Shown here: positions 1-10,360 of the stretch, one piece after another
Numbering within the stretch: the first letter of the stretch is position 1
How the letters are laid out: each line of letters starts with the position of its first letter
Notes under the pieces: model-generated
Told to the model about the DNA's origin: nothing
Seen by the model: only the letters and a program-made list of their open reading frames with translations
Databases searched by the model: none
Assembly (NCBI RefSeq): GCF_001194135.2
Contig: NC_068981.1
Location: forward strand, 182,782,686 to 182,832,851
DNA from: Octopus bimaculoides
Taxonomy: Eukaryota
Length of the DNA: 50,166 bases
Reading direction: 5' to 3'
Made by a program: the position numbers and the translations under genes

Positions 1-214
1 ACTTTAATAATTAGATGTTCGTATGAACAACTGATTTAAAGTGGAAAAATTGTGAGAAAAGTCATTTCTATTCATTTTTTTCAAATATATGATACTGCAC
101 CAAGGACTTTCTATTTTTTATTCGACTATATATATATATATATATATATATACATACACAAACATATGTTTGTGTGTGTATGTTGTGTGTGTGTGTATGT
201 GTATGTGTGTCGTG

Positions 215-425
215 TGTATTTGCGTTTGTCCTTCCCCACTGCTTGACAACCGGTATTTGTTTGCGTCCCTATAATTTAGCGATTCGACAAAACAGTATGC
301 AATAAATACCAGCCTTAAAAAAGTATTAGGATTGATTTGTTCATCTAAAACTCTTCAACGCAGTGCCCCAGCGTGGCCGCAATCCAGTGAGCGAAAGAAA
401 TGAAAGAAGTAAAAGATAAAAGATC
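215..425 (+). mobile_element. SINE family A, 3' half only
   Basis: Diverged match to the tail of the full copy at 788-1308 (cttgacaaccgg...ttagcgattcgacaaaa...gtgccccagcgtggccgca...agtaaaagataaaagat), preceded by TA/TG repeats. Confidence 0.75.
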
Positions 426-574
426 ACTTCTTTTCCTTCTTTTATTTAAACTTCGGATATAAGATGTCGGCAGAAAGGAAAAGTGTGGGAATCCTAAAGA
501 AATTGCGGTAAAACAAAATGGAATGTCGAGGTAGTGTGGAACGGTTGCTATCCCTCTTTTCTCTTCTATTATTT

Positions 575-650
575 TTTTCTGGTTTCAGTCATTTAACTGC
601 GGCCATGATGGGGTACTGTTTGCGAAGGTTTTAGTCGATCATACTTATTT
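575..650 (-). mobile_element. SINE family A 3' tail fragment
   Basis: ggtttcagtcatttaactgcggccatgatggggtac is the reverse complement of the family A terminal motif. Confidence 0.7.
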
Positions 651-661
651 CATTGTTCTAG

Positions 662-750
662 TCCAGTCCTGGACAAATTGCGGCCCACGGGACTTTCTGC
701 AGCGCATGCCAAACGAAAAGTTACCTTCAATATTTTCAGATGATGAGCCA
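662..750. mobile_element. Possible hAT/Charlie-like terminal remnant
   Basis: ccagtcctggacaaattgcggcccacggg resembles Charlie-type ends (CAG...GGCAAA..ACGGCCCGCGGG); no clear partner TIR. Confidence 0.3.
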
Positions 751-787
751 TGTCTTGTGGGCTCTACTTCTTAAAAAAGATTGCTCA

Positions 788-1308
788 GGCGTAGGAGTGG
801 CTGTGTGGTAAGTAGCTTGCTTACGGACCACATGGTTCCGGGTTCAGTCCCACTACGTGGAACCTTGGGTAAGTGTCTTCTACTATAGCCTCGGGCCGAC
901 CAAAGCCTTGTGAGTGGATTTGGTAGATGGAAACTAAAAAAAGCCCGTCGTATAAATATATACATATANNNNNNNNNNNNNNNNNNNNNNNNNNNNNNNN
1001 NNNNNNNNNNNNNNNNNNNNNNNNNNNNNNNNNNNNNNNNNNNNNNNNNNNNNNNNNNNNNNATATATATATATAAATATATATGTACGTGTGTGTATAT
1101 GTGTTTGTGTGTCTGTGTTTGTCCCCCCCCCAACATCGTTTGACAACCTATACTGGTGTATTTACGTCCCCGTAACTTAGCGGTTCAGCAAAAGATCGAT
1201 AGAATAAGTACTAGGCTTACAAAGAATAAGTCATGAGGTCTATTTGTTCGACTAAAGGCGGTGCTCCAGCATGGCCACAGTCAAAATGACTGAAACAAGT
1301 AAAAGAGT
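788..1308 (+). mobile_element. Full-length tRNA-headed CORE-type SINE (family A) with internal TA/TG microsatellite
   Basis: A box-like gtggctgtgtggtaag, B box-like ggttcagtccc, CORE-like accttgggtaagtgtcttctac, internal (TA)n with gap, tail ending gactgaaacaagtaaaagag; close match to 46365-46897. Confidence 0.9.
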
Positions 1309-1479
1309 ATACCTGCTCAATTCAGATATAAAATACAGAGGACATTGACGTGAGGGGAGATAATTCCGTGGGACATGAATATAACAGAGCATTCCTGTTC
1401 GAATGTATAAATTCACACACAAACACACAGTTCACGCGAACTAATTTCCATTCACAAGGAATTGAGTTATCCAAAGCTG

Positions 1480-1556
1480 TGGCATGAAATTGACGTGGGT
1501 CCGAACCCAGAACCATGTGGTTGCAAAGCGAACCTTCTAACCACACAGCCATGCTT
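1480..1556 (-). mobile_element. SINE family A head fragment
   Basis: aaccatgtggttgcaaagcgaaccttctaaccacacagccatgc is the reverse complement of the family A head. Confidence 0.7.
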
Positions 1557-1761
1557 GCCGTTTACTTCAGAAGAATAACTTGTAACATAAACATCGTGTT
1601 TAGCTTGAAGTGTAAGGTGAACATGGATTATTGTAAAGTAATTAAATTCTAATGGTTATATTCCATGATTTGTATTCATCGAAGAGATGAAGAGTGTCCA
1701 AGTTGGACAAATTCGGCGACATTGTGCACATTATTCATCGAAATTTGACAAAAGATGTTCC

Positions 1762-1838
1762 AGAGAGAGAGAGGTGGGGAGGGGGAGAGAGAGAGAGGGA
1801 GAGAGAGAGAGAGGAGGAGAGAGAGGGAGAGAGAGAGG
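1762..1838. repeat. (GA)n-rich microsatellite
   Basis: Directly visible GA/GAGG run. Confidence 0.9.
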
Positions 1839-1896
1839 CGCGAATCTGCACTAGTACTCAGCTAGCACTGTATAATATATTAAGCACTCAGAAATT

Positions 1897-1927
<31 letters not shown>

Positions 1928-2109
1928 ATCAATCAAACAAAGCAGGAGAGTTTGTTTGTAAAATCTTTATTTACATCATCTTACGGACATTTCATTAATA
2001 TAAAATATTTTTCAGTTATATAATATAAATTATATATATGCCAAAAGTTATGCGGCACATGGTACGAGACCTCTTCACGGGAATGTTCGTGTAGTTCTGT
2101 ATACTGTTA

Positions 2110-2165
2110 TATATATATATATGTGTGTGTGTGTGTGCATTGCGTGTTACAAGCTATATGTTGTA

Positions 2166-2208
<43 letters not shown>

Positions 2209-2280
2209 GTGTATGTGTATGTATACACACACATACACACACACACACATACACACACACATATACATACACACACACAC
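2110..2280. repeat. Compound TA/TG/(CTAT)n/(CA)n microsatellite
   Basis: (CTAT)n at about 2166-2207 flanked by TG and CA runs. Confidence 0.9.
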
Positions 2281-2344
2281 ATTGAAAATAAAAAGCAAAG
2301 CAAAAAAGTGAGAGTGAAATAAGAGCAAGCGAGACAACCTTATG

Positions 2345-2455
2345 TAAACGTTCAACCTGCTGGAAATAGCAGTCGAGTTCCTCACAAATCCCACCTACGC
2401 GTACTCTGGTTGAAATTGGAAGGAGACATTAGACAATAAGACGGGATGGTAACTT
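2345..2455 (+). mobile_element. Family D interspersed repeat fragment (unclassified SINE-like)
   Basis: ctgctggaaatagcag...ggagacattagacaataagacgggatggt shares motifs with 9385-9620, 19650-19850, 20105-20195 and 37172-37520. Confidence 0.55.
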
Positions 2456-2614
2456 ATGTAGCTCGTAGCCGACACTCGTAAGCAAGTATGACTTGGTAGC
2501 ACGTCCCTTGCTCTTGCTAATGTTTCAGGTGCCTGTGTAATCGCGAACAGACAGAAACATCCTCTTGGTCTTCCCACTTCTTGACCCACGATGTGAAAGC
2601 CAGAGGAAGAGAGA

Positions 2615-2755
2615 TGTCTGTATCAGTAAGGTAGACTGGTATTTTCAGCTGAGTTGACAAGAACACGTGAAGTGATGCTCCTTGCTCAAAGATACAATGT
2701 GCCACCCGGTCCACGAATCGAACCCACGACCTTACATTTGTGAGTCCAACTGCCT
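2615..2755 (-). mobile_element. tRNA-headed CORE-like SINE, second type
   Basis: Reverse strand reads ggactcacaaatgtaaggtcgtgggttcgattcgtggaccgggtggcacattgtatctttgagcaagg (B box plus CORE-like); related to 16915-17055. Confidence 0.7.
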
Positions 2756-3104
2756 TTTAGGCAGTTGTATTATTGTGTTCTTGTATCCCCTAAAGCAGTG
2801 ACTGTCAAACTGACGACTACTAGGCTTCCCCCGAATATATGAGGACAATGTTTCGCCTACCCTTCTTTATTAATGAGAAAGCAGAATTGTATTTGCATCT
2901 TTATACTTTCTTTCCTCGTCATAGTGTCTGGAGAAGTAAAAATAAGTCTTAAAACCTGTCATAATTTTATTAAATATCGTATTGTCTCCCCTTTCATCCA
3001 CTTATTCCTCATAAGAAACTCTTCATTAAGGCAATGTCTCTGAAACAAGGCAATTGGAAATTTATACAAAATGAATTATCCACTCATTGTAATTTGTTTC
3101 TGTT

Positions 3105-3500
3105 TCTTTTACATGCTTCTGTCATTTAACTGTGGCCATGCTGGGGCACCTTCATGAAGAGTTTAGTCGAACAAATCGACACCATTACTTAGATCTTTAC
3201 AAATCTGGTCGTTATTGTATCGGTCCTTTACTGAACCGCTAAATTATGAGGATGAAATTACCTATATTAAATTTTACAAGCCTCCTTGTCATTGCATCGG
3301 TCTCTTTTGCCGAACCGCTAATGTTATGGGGACGAAATTACCTATGTAAATTTTTACAAGCCTCCTTGTCATTGCATCAGTCTCTTTTGCCGAACCGCTA
3401 AGTTATGGGGACGAAAGTATCTATATTAATTTTTACAAGCCTCCTTGTTATTGCATCGTTCTCTTTTGCCGAACCGCTAAGTTATGGGGACGTAACCATC
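3105..3500 (-). mobile_element. SINE family A 3' half containing a tandem amplification
   Basis: gtcatttaactgtggccatgctggggcacc terminus at about 3121; repeated tcttttgccgaaccgctaagttatggggacg. Confidence 0.8.
3219..3495. repeat. ~79-bp minisatellite, 3.5 units, SINE-derived
   Basis: Units start at 3219, 3296, 3376 and 3455 (atcggtctcttttgccgaaccgctaagttatggggacgaaattacctat...tacaagcctccttgtcattgc). Confidence 0.9.
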
Positions 3501-3519
3501 TATATGTTAATTAAATAAG

Positions 3520-3660
3520 GTGACACAGCTCAGTATCATCTGAACGATGATTCACATGATCAGAGGTGCTCCAGCCCTGAACATCCCGTCTTTTTAAAGA
3601 TATATAGCTCTGCATTATCTAATAATACGTTCCAAGAGAAGGAAGTACGAGATCAGTCAG
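3520..3660 (-). mobile_element. Family D fragment
   Basis: catcccgtctttttaaag and gatcagaggtgctccagcc are the reverse complement of the family D aagacgggatg...ctggaatgcctttgatc region. Confidence 0.45.
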
Positions 3661-3980
3661 TTGTGAGGAACATAGGCCATTATAATAGTGTTAATGACAT
3701 ATTCTAGTCAAAATATGGAATTACTAATAAAACTATCTTCCCTCCCGAATTGTTATTTTCTGGAGACACGTTTTGTGTTAATTTGAATGAGTGTCATGTC
3801 TGATCGAATTCATAAGGAGTCGAAGGCCCAGTTCTTCATACTCTGTTATTAGTGTTGATGTCGTGGCGTCGTAGTAATAACCATTTTCCATACCAGGCAA
3901 AGAAATTATATTTCCATCTGGTTTTGTTTTTAAATTGCTGATGCTATGTTTCGATTGCATCCCTTAACAGAAATGTTACC

Positions 3981-4146
3981 GTTCAAATTCCGCCGAGGTC
4001 GACTTTGCCTTTCATCTTTTCGGTGTCGATAAATTAAGTACCAGTAACGCACTGGGGTCGATGTAATCGACTTAATCCGTTTGTCTGTCCTTGTTGGCCT
4101 CCTCTACTCTATGTTTAGCCCCTTGTGGGCAATAAAGAAATAAGAA
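3981..4146 (+). mobile_element. SINE family B, 5'-truncated, tail type 1
   Basis: gttcaaattccgccgaggtcgactttgcctttcatc...gtaccag...ttagccccttgtgggcaataaagaaataagaaa. Confidence 0.85.
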
Positions 4147-4174
4147 ATGCTACCGTTTTATGCTGACAGATTAG

Positions 4175-4668
4175 GATTCGAACTCAGAATGCAGAGAACC
4201 GAGACAAACACTGCAAGATATTCTGTCCAGCTCTTTAACAATCCCGCCAATCTACAGCCCTGGTCTTGTTTCTTTTGTATCGATCTCGAAAGGATGACAG
4301 GCAAAGCTGGCTTCGGTAGGATTTGAACTCAGAGCGCAGGAAGTTGAAATAAATGGCGCGAGATATTCTGTCCAAGATTATGACAGATTCTGCCAGTTCG
4401 CCGCCTATAGTGTTGTCATCCCGTAATAAGTAAATAGTTGTCACATGTGACAATTCTTTCTACTATAGGTAAAAAGCCTGAAATTTGTGGCTAGGAGGCC
4501 AGTCGATTATATCGACCCGAGTACTCGACTGGTACTTATTTTATCGACCCCGAAAGGATGAAAGGCAAAGTCAACCCTCGGCGGAACTTGAACTCAGAAC
4601 GTTAAGGCAGACGAAATGCTGCTAAGCATTTTGCCCAGAGTGCTAATGATTCTGCCTTCTCGCCACCT
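4175..4668 (-). mobile_element. Stack of three family B SINE copies or fragments (4175-4260, 4265-4407, 4452-4668)
   Basis: Repeated gaactcagaa(c/t)g and gaaaggatgaaaggcaaagtc motifs; the last copy carries tail type 2 (tttctactatagg...aagcctgaaattt). Confidence 0.8.
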
Positions 4669-5304
4669 TTTTTACGTGTAATAATCAAGTGATTTTCCCA
4701 TATCTAATAATGGAGTGATTGCTAATTTTTAGAGCTCATAATTTTCTTTATAATAGACTGATTTTATGGTTTAATCAGAGGTGGATGAGCAACCCCTACG
4801 AAACTGGGTGGAGGGAAGAAGGAATGAGGAAGATAGCCTCAAACCAGAGACCTGATCGAATATTTGTAACAGATTGGACTCCACCGATGATACCCACGGG
4901 AAACATTATGATTACACCTCCACTCCCAAATAGAAACTCTCAATTAGGTTTACATATAGTTTCTGCTGATGAAATTCTACTTACAAAGCTTTGATCGACT
5001 CGAAGCTTTGTTAGAACACTTGTCTCCGATACCAAACAATGGAATTGAATTCGAAAGCATGCTGTTGTTGAGTAAACTTAACAACGCACCCCTCTTCAAG
5101 AGGCTAAGGTGTCTGACAAAGCGCATATCATGAAAACTAAGATAACTCCTACGTTTTGTTAATAGCGACAGATAAAGAGGAAGTAATTAAAAACATGATA
5201 ATTAGATTTTCTAAACAATATCCTTTATGAGTAATGTTTGTAAAATTAAAGAAATACTAAAGCAGAAAGTATGTTACACATTGTTTTCTAAAGGAGTGTA
5301 AGTA

Positions 5305-5835
5305 TAGGCACAGGAGGGGCAGTAAGAAGCAAATGGTTTCGGGTTCAGTCCCACTGCGTGGCACCTTGGGCAAGTCACTTCTACTATAGCCTCGGGCCAA
5401 CCAATGCCTTCTGAGTGAATTTGGTAGACAAAAACAGTGTGGAGTTTATTGTATAGGCGCAGGAGTGACTGTGTGGTAAGAAGCTTGCTACCCAACCACA
5501 TGGTTTCGAGGTCAGGCCCACTGCGTGGCACCTTGGGCAAATGTTTTCTACTATAGCCTCGAGCTGACCAAAGTCTTGTGAGTGGATTTGGTAGATGGAA
5601 ACTGAAAGANNNNNNNNNNATGTATTTATGTGTCTGTGTTTGTCACGCCCCACCATCGCTTTGCAACAGATGTTGGTGTGTTTACGTCCCCGTAACTTAG
5701 CGGTTCTGCAAAAGAGACCGATAGAATAAGTACTAAGCTTACAAAGAATAAGTCCTGTGGTCGATTTGTTCGACTAAAAGCAGTGCTCCAGCATGGCCGC
5801 AGTCAAATGACTGAAACAAGTAAAAGATTAAAAGA
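5305..5835 (+). mobile_element. SINE family A: partial head copy (5305-5435) followed by full copy (5456-5835)
   Basis: Two consecutive ccactgcgtggcaccttgggcaa...ctactatagcctc cores; the second continues through the microsatellite slot (10-N gap) to the tail. Confidence 0.85.
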
Positions 5836-6351
5836 ATATGTTAACAAAAGGCTTGCAATTCCCGTATATGAAGATAAAAATGTGGTTTTTACTTTTGTCG
5901 TTATTCGCGACCTCTTCAATGACATGCACTCTCTCTTCAAGGTCTACCCTGAGTCTTATGTCTGTGTATATGCATGTCTTTATGTGTGTATGGAGATATT
6001 TGTTTGCTTAAAGAGAAAAGCCGTGACAATTAGCCACGAAATAATTAATTCAGTTTTTTTTTTAAGTACGCTCTCAATTGCAAGGGTGTTTAATTGTACA
6101 TAATTGTGTACGTTATCGTCTGTATATGTTTAGTATCCATTTATTATTTTTGTTTTAAAGTTTCATTGTAATTAGAAGTACTTAACTTTCAGATGACAAA
6201 CTGACACAGTCATATATCAAGGACCATTTCACGCTAGCCGACAACACAGGGTTGTGTACACATCTGTAACCTCTATGTGTTTCTGTATTTATGTACATAT
6301 GCAGATACTCACGCACATTAATGCCGATATGTTCTACACACACACACGCAC

Positions 6352-6395
<44 letters not shown>

Positions 6396-6409
6396 TCACA
6401 TATCTTTTT

Positions 6410-6640
6410 GGCGGCGAGCTGGCAGAAACGTTAGCACGCCGGGCGAAATGCTTAGCGGTATTTCGTCTGCCGCTACGTTCCGAGTTCAAATTCCGCCGAG
6501 GTCCACTTTGCCTTTCATCCTTTCGGGGTCGATTAAATAAGTACCAGTTACGCACTGAGGTCGATATAATCGACTTAATCCGTTTGTCTGTCCTTGTTGG
6601 TCCCCTCCGTGTGTAGCCCCTTGTGGGTAGTAAAGATATA
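6410..6640 (+). mobile_element. Full-length SINE family B, tail type 1
   Basis: Head ggcggcgagctggcagaaacgttagcacgcc, B box gagttcaaattcc, central ctttgcctttcatcctttcggggtcgat...aagtaccag (resembles the MetaSINE domain as I recall it), tail gtagccccttgtgggtagtaaag. Confidence 0.9.
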
Positions 6641-6654
6641 AAATACATATCTTT

Positions 6655-6895
6655 ATGTCTATCTTTCTATCTATCTATCTATTTACCTCTCTCTTCCTTC
6701 TTCTCTCTCTTTGTACATATACATACATATATATACATATACATGTAGATACATATACATATATATACGTTCATAAATACATAAACATACACATATACAT
6801 ACACTCACATACATATACATGCAAACATATACATACATACATACATACACACATATATATATACATACATACATACACGCATACACACACACACG

Positions 6896-6940
<45 letters not shown>
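6655..6940. repeat. Compound CTAT/CATA/CA/TG microsatellite tract
   Basis: Directly visible. Confidence 0.85.
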
Positions 6941-6941
<1 letters not shown>

Positions 6942-7439
6942 TGTAAAGAAAGACGGGGTTACAAGGCAAGTGAAGTCTGCAGTTGCCACTTAAGTGTCCA
7001 ACATAACGTAAGCCCTATTAATGTAATGGCTTGAAAAATGTTTTAATTACATCACTTATACAGTAATTATTCTCTAAATTTCAATATTAACTCAGTAACA
7101 ACCTCAATAATATCTGAAGACTTCTATCATTGTTTTATTCTATCAAACTAGTGTTCCAGTTAAAACACACCGCTAGATATTTCCTCTATGACTAAATATT
7201 GGACAATTTCACTAAAGCTAGTGAATGTAGCCGACATAACAGCGTGTGAAACCCAATGCTTCTCTTCAGCAATTACAACCTTTAATCATGGCAAACCATT
7301 TTGGAAATCAATACTCCTTTATGTTTCCTCACTCCTACATATTTTTGTAAATATTTAGTTAAAAGAAAATTTTCCAAAAATTTAATATATTAACTCTTGA
7401 TAGCTTAAATGTGGAAATAGCCATCGTTTTTATTCGCAG

Positions 7440-8130
7440 TAAACGTTGTGTTGTCGCCCTGGTGTCTATAGTTTATTGTTTAATATAATTATGAAAGTGT
7501 TGTGTTGTAGATGTGATGCTTATAGCTTATTGTCTAACATTTATGTAAATGTGTTTTAATGTGGTGCCTATAGCTTATGCATGCATTCCAACCACACGGT
7601 TCCGGGTTCAGTCCCTCTGCGTGGAACGTTGGGTATGTGTCTTCTAATATAACCTCAAGTTGACTAAAGTGGATTTGGCAGATTGAAACCAAAAGAGGCC
7701 TGTCGTATATATATATATATATATATATATGCGTGTGTGGGGGTTTGCATTTGTCCCCACCACCACTTGCCAACTGGTGTTTGTGTGTTTACGTCTCCGT
7801 AACTTAGCAGTTTAGCAAAATGAACCTATAAAATAAAAACCAATCTTAAAAGAAAATGTAAGCACAGAAGTCGATTAATCCTACTAAAAACGCATTTTGG
7901 GGGCCTGGTGCCTACTGCTTATTGCCTAACATTTATATAAACGTTCTGTTGTTGCCCTGGTCCATATGGCTTTGTGTCTAGCACATTTATGTAACGGTTG
8001 TGGCGTAGCAACTATGCCTTGACTTGTACTATAACATTTGACATATGTCTGTGGATTATTGTGTAACATATTTTATGAATGCTGTGTTGTGACCCTTATG
8101 CCTATGGTCTATTGTATAACATGTCCATGA
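7440..8130. repeat. Old degenerate ~55-bp tandem repeat interrupted by a family A SINE
   Basis: Recurring tgtgttgt..cctggtgcctatagcttattgtctaacatttatgtaa on both sides of 7575-7895. Confidence 0.65.
7575..7895 (+). mobile_element. SINE family A with internal (TA)n
   Basis: aaccacacggttccgggttcagtccc...gtgtcttcta...cctgtcg(TA)n...tttgtccccacc...gtaacttagcag. Confidence 0.8.
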
Positions 8131-8729
8131 ACATTTTATAATTTATCAAATATTTAAAAAGTAAATGATTTTGTTTTGTAATTTTTTTTTATGACTATCG
8201 GGCACCCAATCAAATTGAGTTTCAACCGCTGTCCTGCATTGTTTTTTCTTTTTGTTCCCTAAATTTTTCTTTGTTCTATACCGCTTCTCTCTAGGGGCCT
8301 ACCAAAATATATATTTTACCGTTAGTTTTCATTCTCATACATGTTTTATATGTATAAGATTGAAAACTAACAGTAAACACGACAAGATCTAAATCTTGAA
8401 AGGTAAAGCACTAGACTGGATGATGCAAAACATCTAATTTTATGCGTAAACATGTATGTATGTATGTTGCATTAGGTCACTGTTAGTGCTATTGGTATCA
8501 TGTACTCCAGTACAACCTGTCGCATGGTTAGGCCATCGGCGACTAAACGGGCGACCCCCTAATAAGCCTGCTTGATAAGGAGACTGGTTTTTGTTGGACA
8601 CCCTGCAAGATGAAAACAAGACTTGACGAAGGGGAAATGGATTTAGTAGAGTCAACAGCCACCCAACAGCAGGAAGTGAGAGACCCTCTAGTCTTTTTCT
8701 TGATATGTCTCTAGAAGGAAATATCGAAA

Positions 8730-9008
8730 TAACAACCGTCTCATTGCTAAATGAGATCTCGCTATGATTTTCTGTAGTGATTAGCAGCAGCCCAAAAATG
8801 TTATCAAGGTACTATCTCCCGCTATCCGCTATTCAATGCTATCTGGAAAAAAGACTGTCCTGGAATAGATATAGGGAACCCCCGCCCACCTGTTATTGAA
8901 TACGTATACAAACACCAGCACAGAGAATACTGGTGGAACATTCTCATCAAAGCATCTGTTTAAAGTAAGCGTAACGGACTGGATATCGTTGTGAGGGACA
9001 GACAAAGG
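8730..9008 (+). pseudogene. Degenerate C-terminus of an RLE-type (R4/Dong-like) non-LTR retrotransposon ORF
   Basis: Hand translation: VISSSPKMLSRYYLPL / FNAIWKKDCP / EYWWNILIKASV*SKRNGLDIVVRDR, matching the decayed CCHC region and the W(D/N)...NRPDI restriction-like endonuclease motif. Confidence 0.7.
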
Positions 9009-9009
9009 C

Positions 9010-9180
9010 CAGCAATTTTGCTGGGTGTGGGGGAGTAGATAAGTCGATTACATCGATCACAGTACTCAGTTGGTGCTTATTTTATCGCCTCGGCAGCATT
9101 TGAACTCAGAACGTAAAGTCAGAAGAAATATCGCTAAATATTGTGTCCGGCGTGCTAACGATTCTGCCTGCTCGCCGCCT
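9010..9180 (-). mobile_element. SINE family B with internal deletion
   Basis: gtcgattacatcgat...tttgaactcagaacg...gctcgccgcct. Confidence 0.8.
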
Positions 9181-9384
9181 TTAATTGACTAATACCAACA
9201 GAAGTGAAATGGAGCGAGTGCGTGTGTTTATTGTTGGCGTAATGACCCTCCGGAGATACAACAAAACTTTGTAATTCTCCTTGTATTAAAAATGTTTACA
9301 GTGTTAACTTAAGACAAAAATATATTATTCTAATGTCTACTGAAGAAACGATTCATCCTTTGTATCAGAAGAGTACTTGCACTC

Positions 9385-9620
9385 TGGAATTGCTAGAAAT
9401 AACAGACAAATCTCCCTCAAACCGTCTTAAAAAGAGAAGACATTGGACAACGTAGTCTTCGATGTACAAATACATAACAGACACAGAAATAACGGACAAA
9501 TCTGCCCCACACCATCTTAAAAAGAGAAAACATTGGACAACGTAGTCTTGGGTGTACAAATAAACTAAATGGTCAAATCTGGAATGCCTTTCACCACATG
9601 TTTACCCAATCAATCTTGGC
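9385..9620 (+). mobile_element. Family D repeat with 90-bp internal tandem duplication
   Basis: agaaataac(a/g)gacaaatct...tcttaaaaagagaa(g/a)acattggacaacgtagtctt..gtacaaata starts at 9395 and at 9485. Confidence 0.75.
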
Positions 9621-9664
9621 TTGAACTACCCTGCTACTACAATATATATATGTATATATAAACA

Positions 9665-9845
9665 CCATTCAATTTTTTTTCTCCGTGTTTTTCTCCTTGT
9701 TTTCTCCGTATTCTTTCTGTTGAAGAGCGTAGCTCGAAACGTTAAAGACTTTCTGTATTCCCGAACGTCAAACTAATACATCCTTTTGTTGTTTACACCA
9801 CCTGTCCTCGTCTGTTGTTGTTTTTTTTTCGTACATTCTCCCATA
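9665..9845 (+). mobile_element. Penelope-like element terminal-repeat remnant between TA tracts
   Basis: gaagagcgtagctcgaaacgttaaagac has the typical PLE ...GA-stem-CGAAACG form; flanked by (TA)n. Confidence 0.65.
9712..9748 (+). ncRNA. Minimal type I hammerhead-like motif (core variant CUGUUGA)
   Basis: tcttt-CTGTTGA-A-GAGC-gta-GCTC-GAAA-C-GTT-aaaga: stem I tcttt/aaaga, stem II GAGC/GCTC, palindromic AACGTT stem III. Confidence 0.55.
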
Positions 9846-10199
9846 TATATATATATACATATATAATAATGTGACAAATTAATTTATAGATGATTCGTTA
9901 GTTTTTTTCCCTTTTTTGCAATTAACTTTGACAGATGTCCTTCTTAATAGGTGACTGTTCTCCAGAAACACAACAAGCACTCATACATATATACATACAT
10001 ACATGTCTGAATGTGTGTGTATGTGAATGTGTGTCCCTGCATTTGTGCATGTGTGTATATATGAGTGTGCGCGCATGCGTGTAATATTTTTGGATAAGAA
10101 ATATTCTATAGGCTTCAGTTATTAAGAATGGTCAGCAGGACATCTGTCAAAATTAACTGCAGAAGAAACAAAGTCGGTTCCACCACCACTCACAAAATT

Positions 10200-10254
10200 C
10201 TCTCTTTCTGTCTCTGTCTCTGTCTGTGTCTGTCTGTCTGTGTCTGTGTCTGAG

Positions 10255-10321
<67 letters not shown>

Positions 10322-10360
10322 CGAATGTTATATATATACGAATGTTATATATATAACATT
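10200..10360. repeat. Compound TC/TCTG/(CT)n/(TA)n microsatellite
   Basis: Directly visible. Confidence 0.9.

Noticed and set aside
771-1136. Recurring peptides such as RLWSARGYSRRHLPKV and YQIHSQG...EDTCPRC
   Set aside because: They are translations of the family A SINE core.
4719-4994. 91-aa ORF with a possible upstream acceptor (tttaatcag at about 4770-4778)
   Set aside because: No recognisable domain or convincing donor; it contains the GAGACCTGATC repeat motif, which suggests repeat origin.
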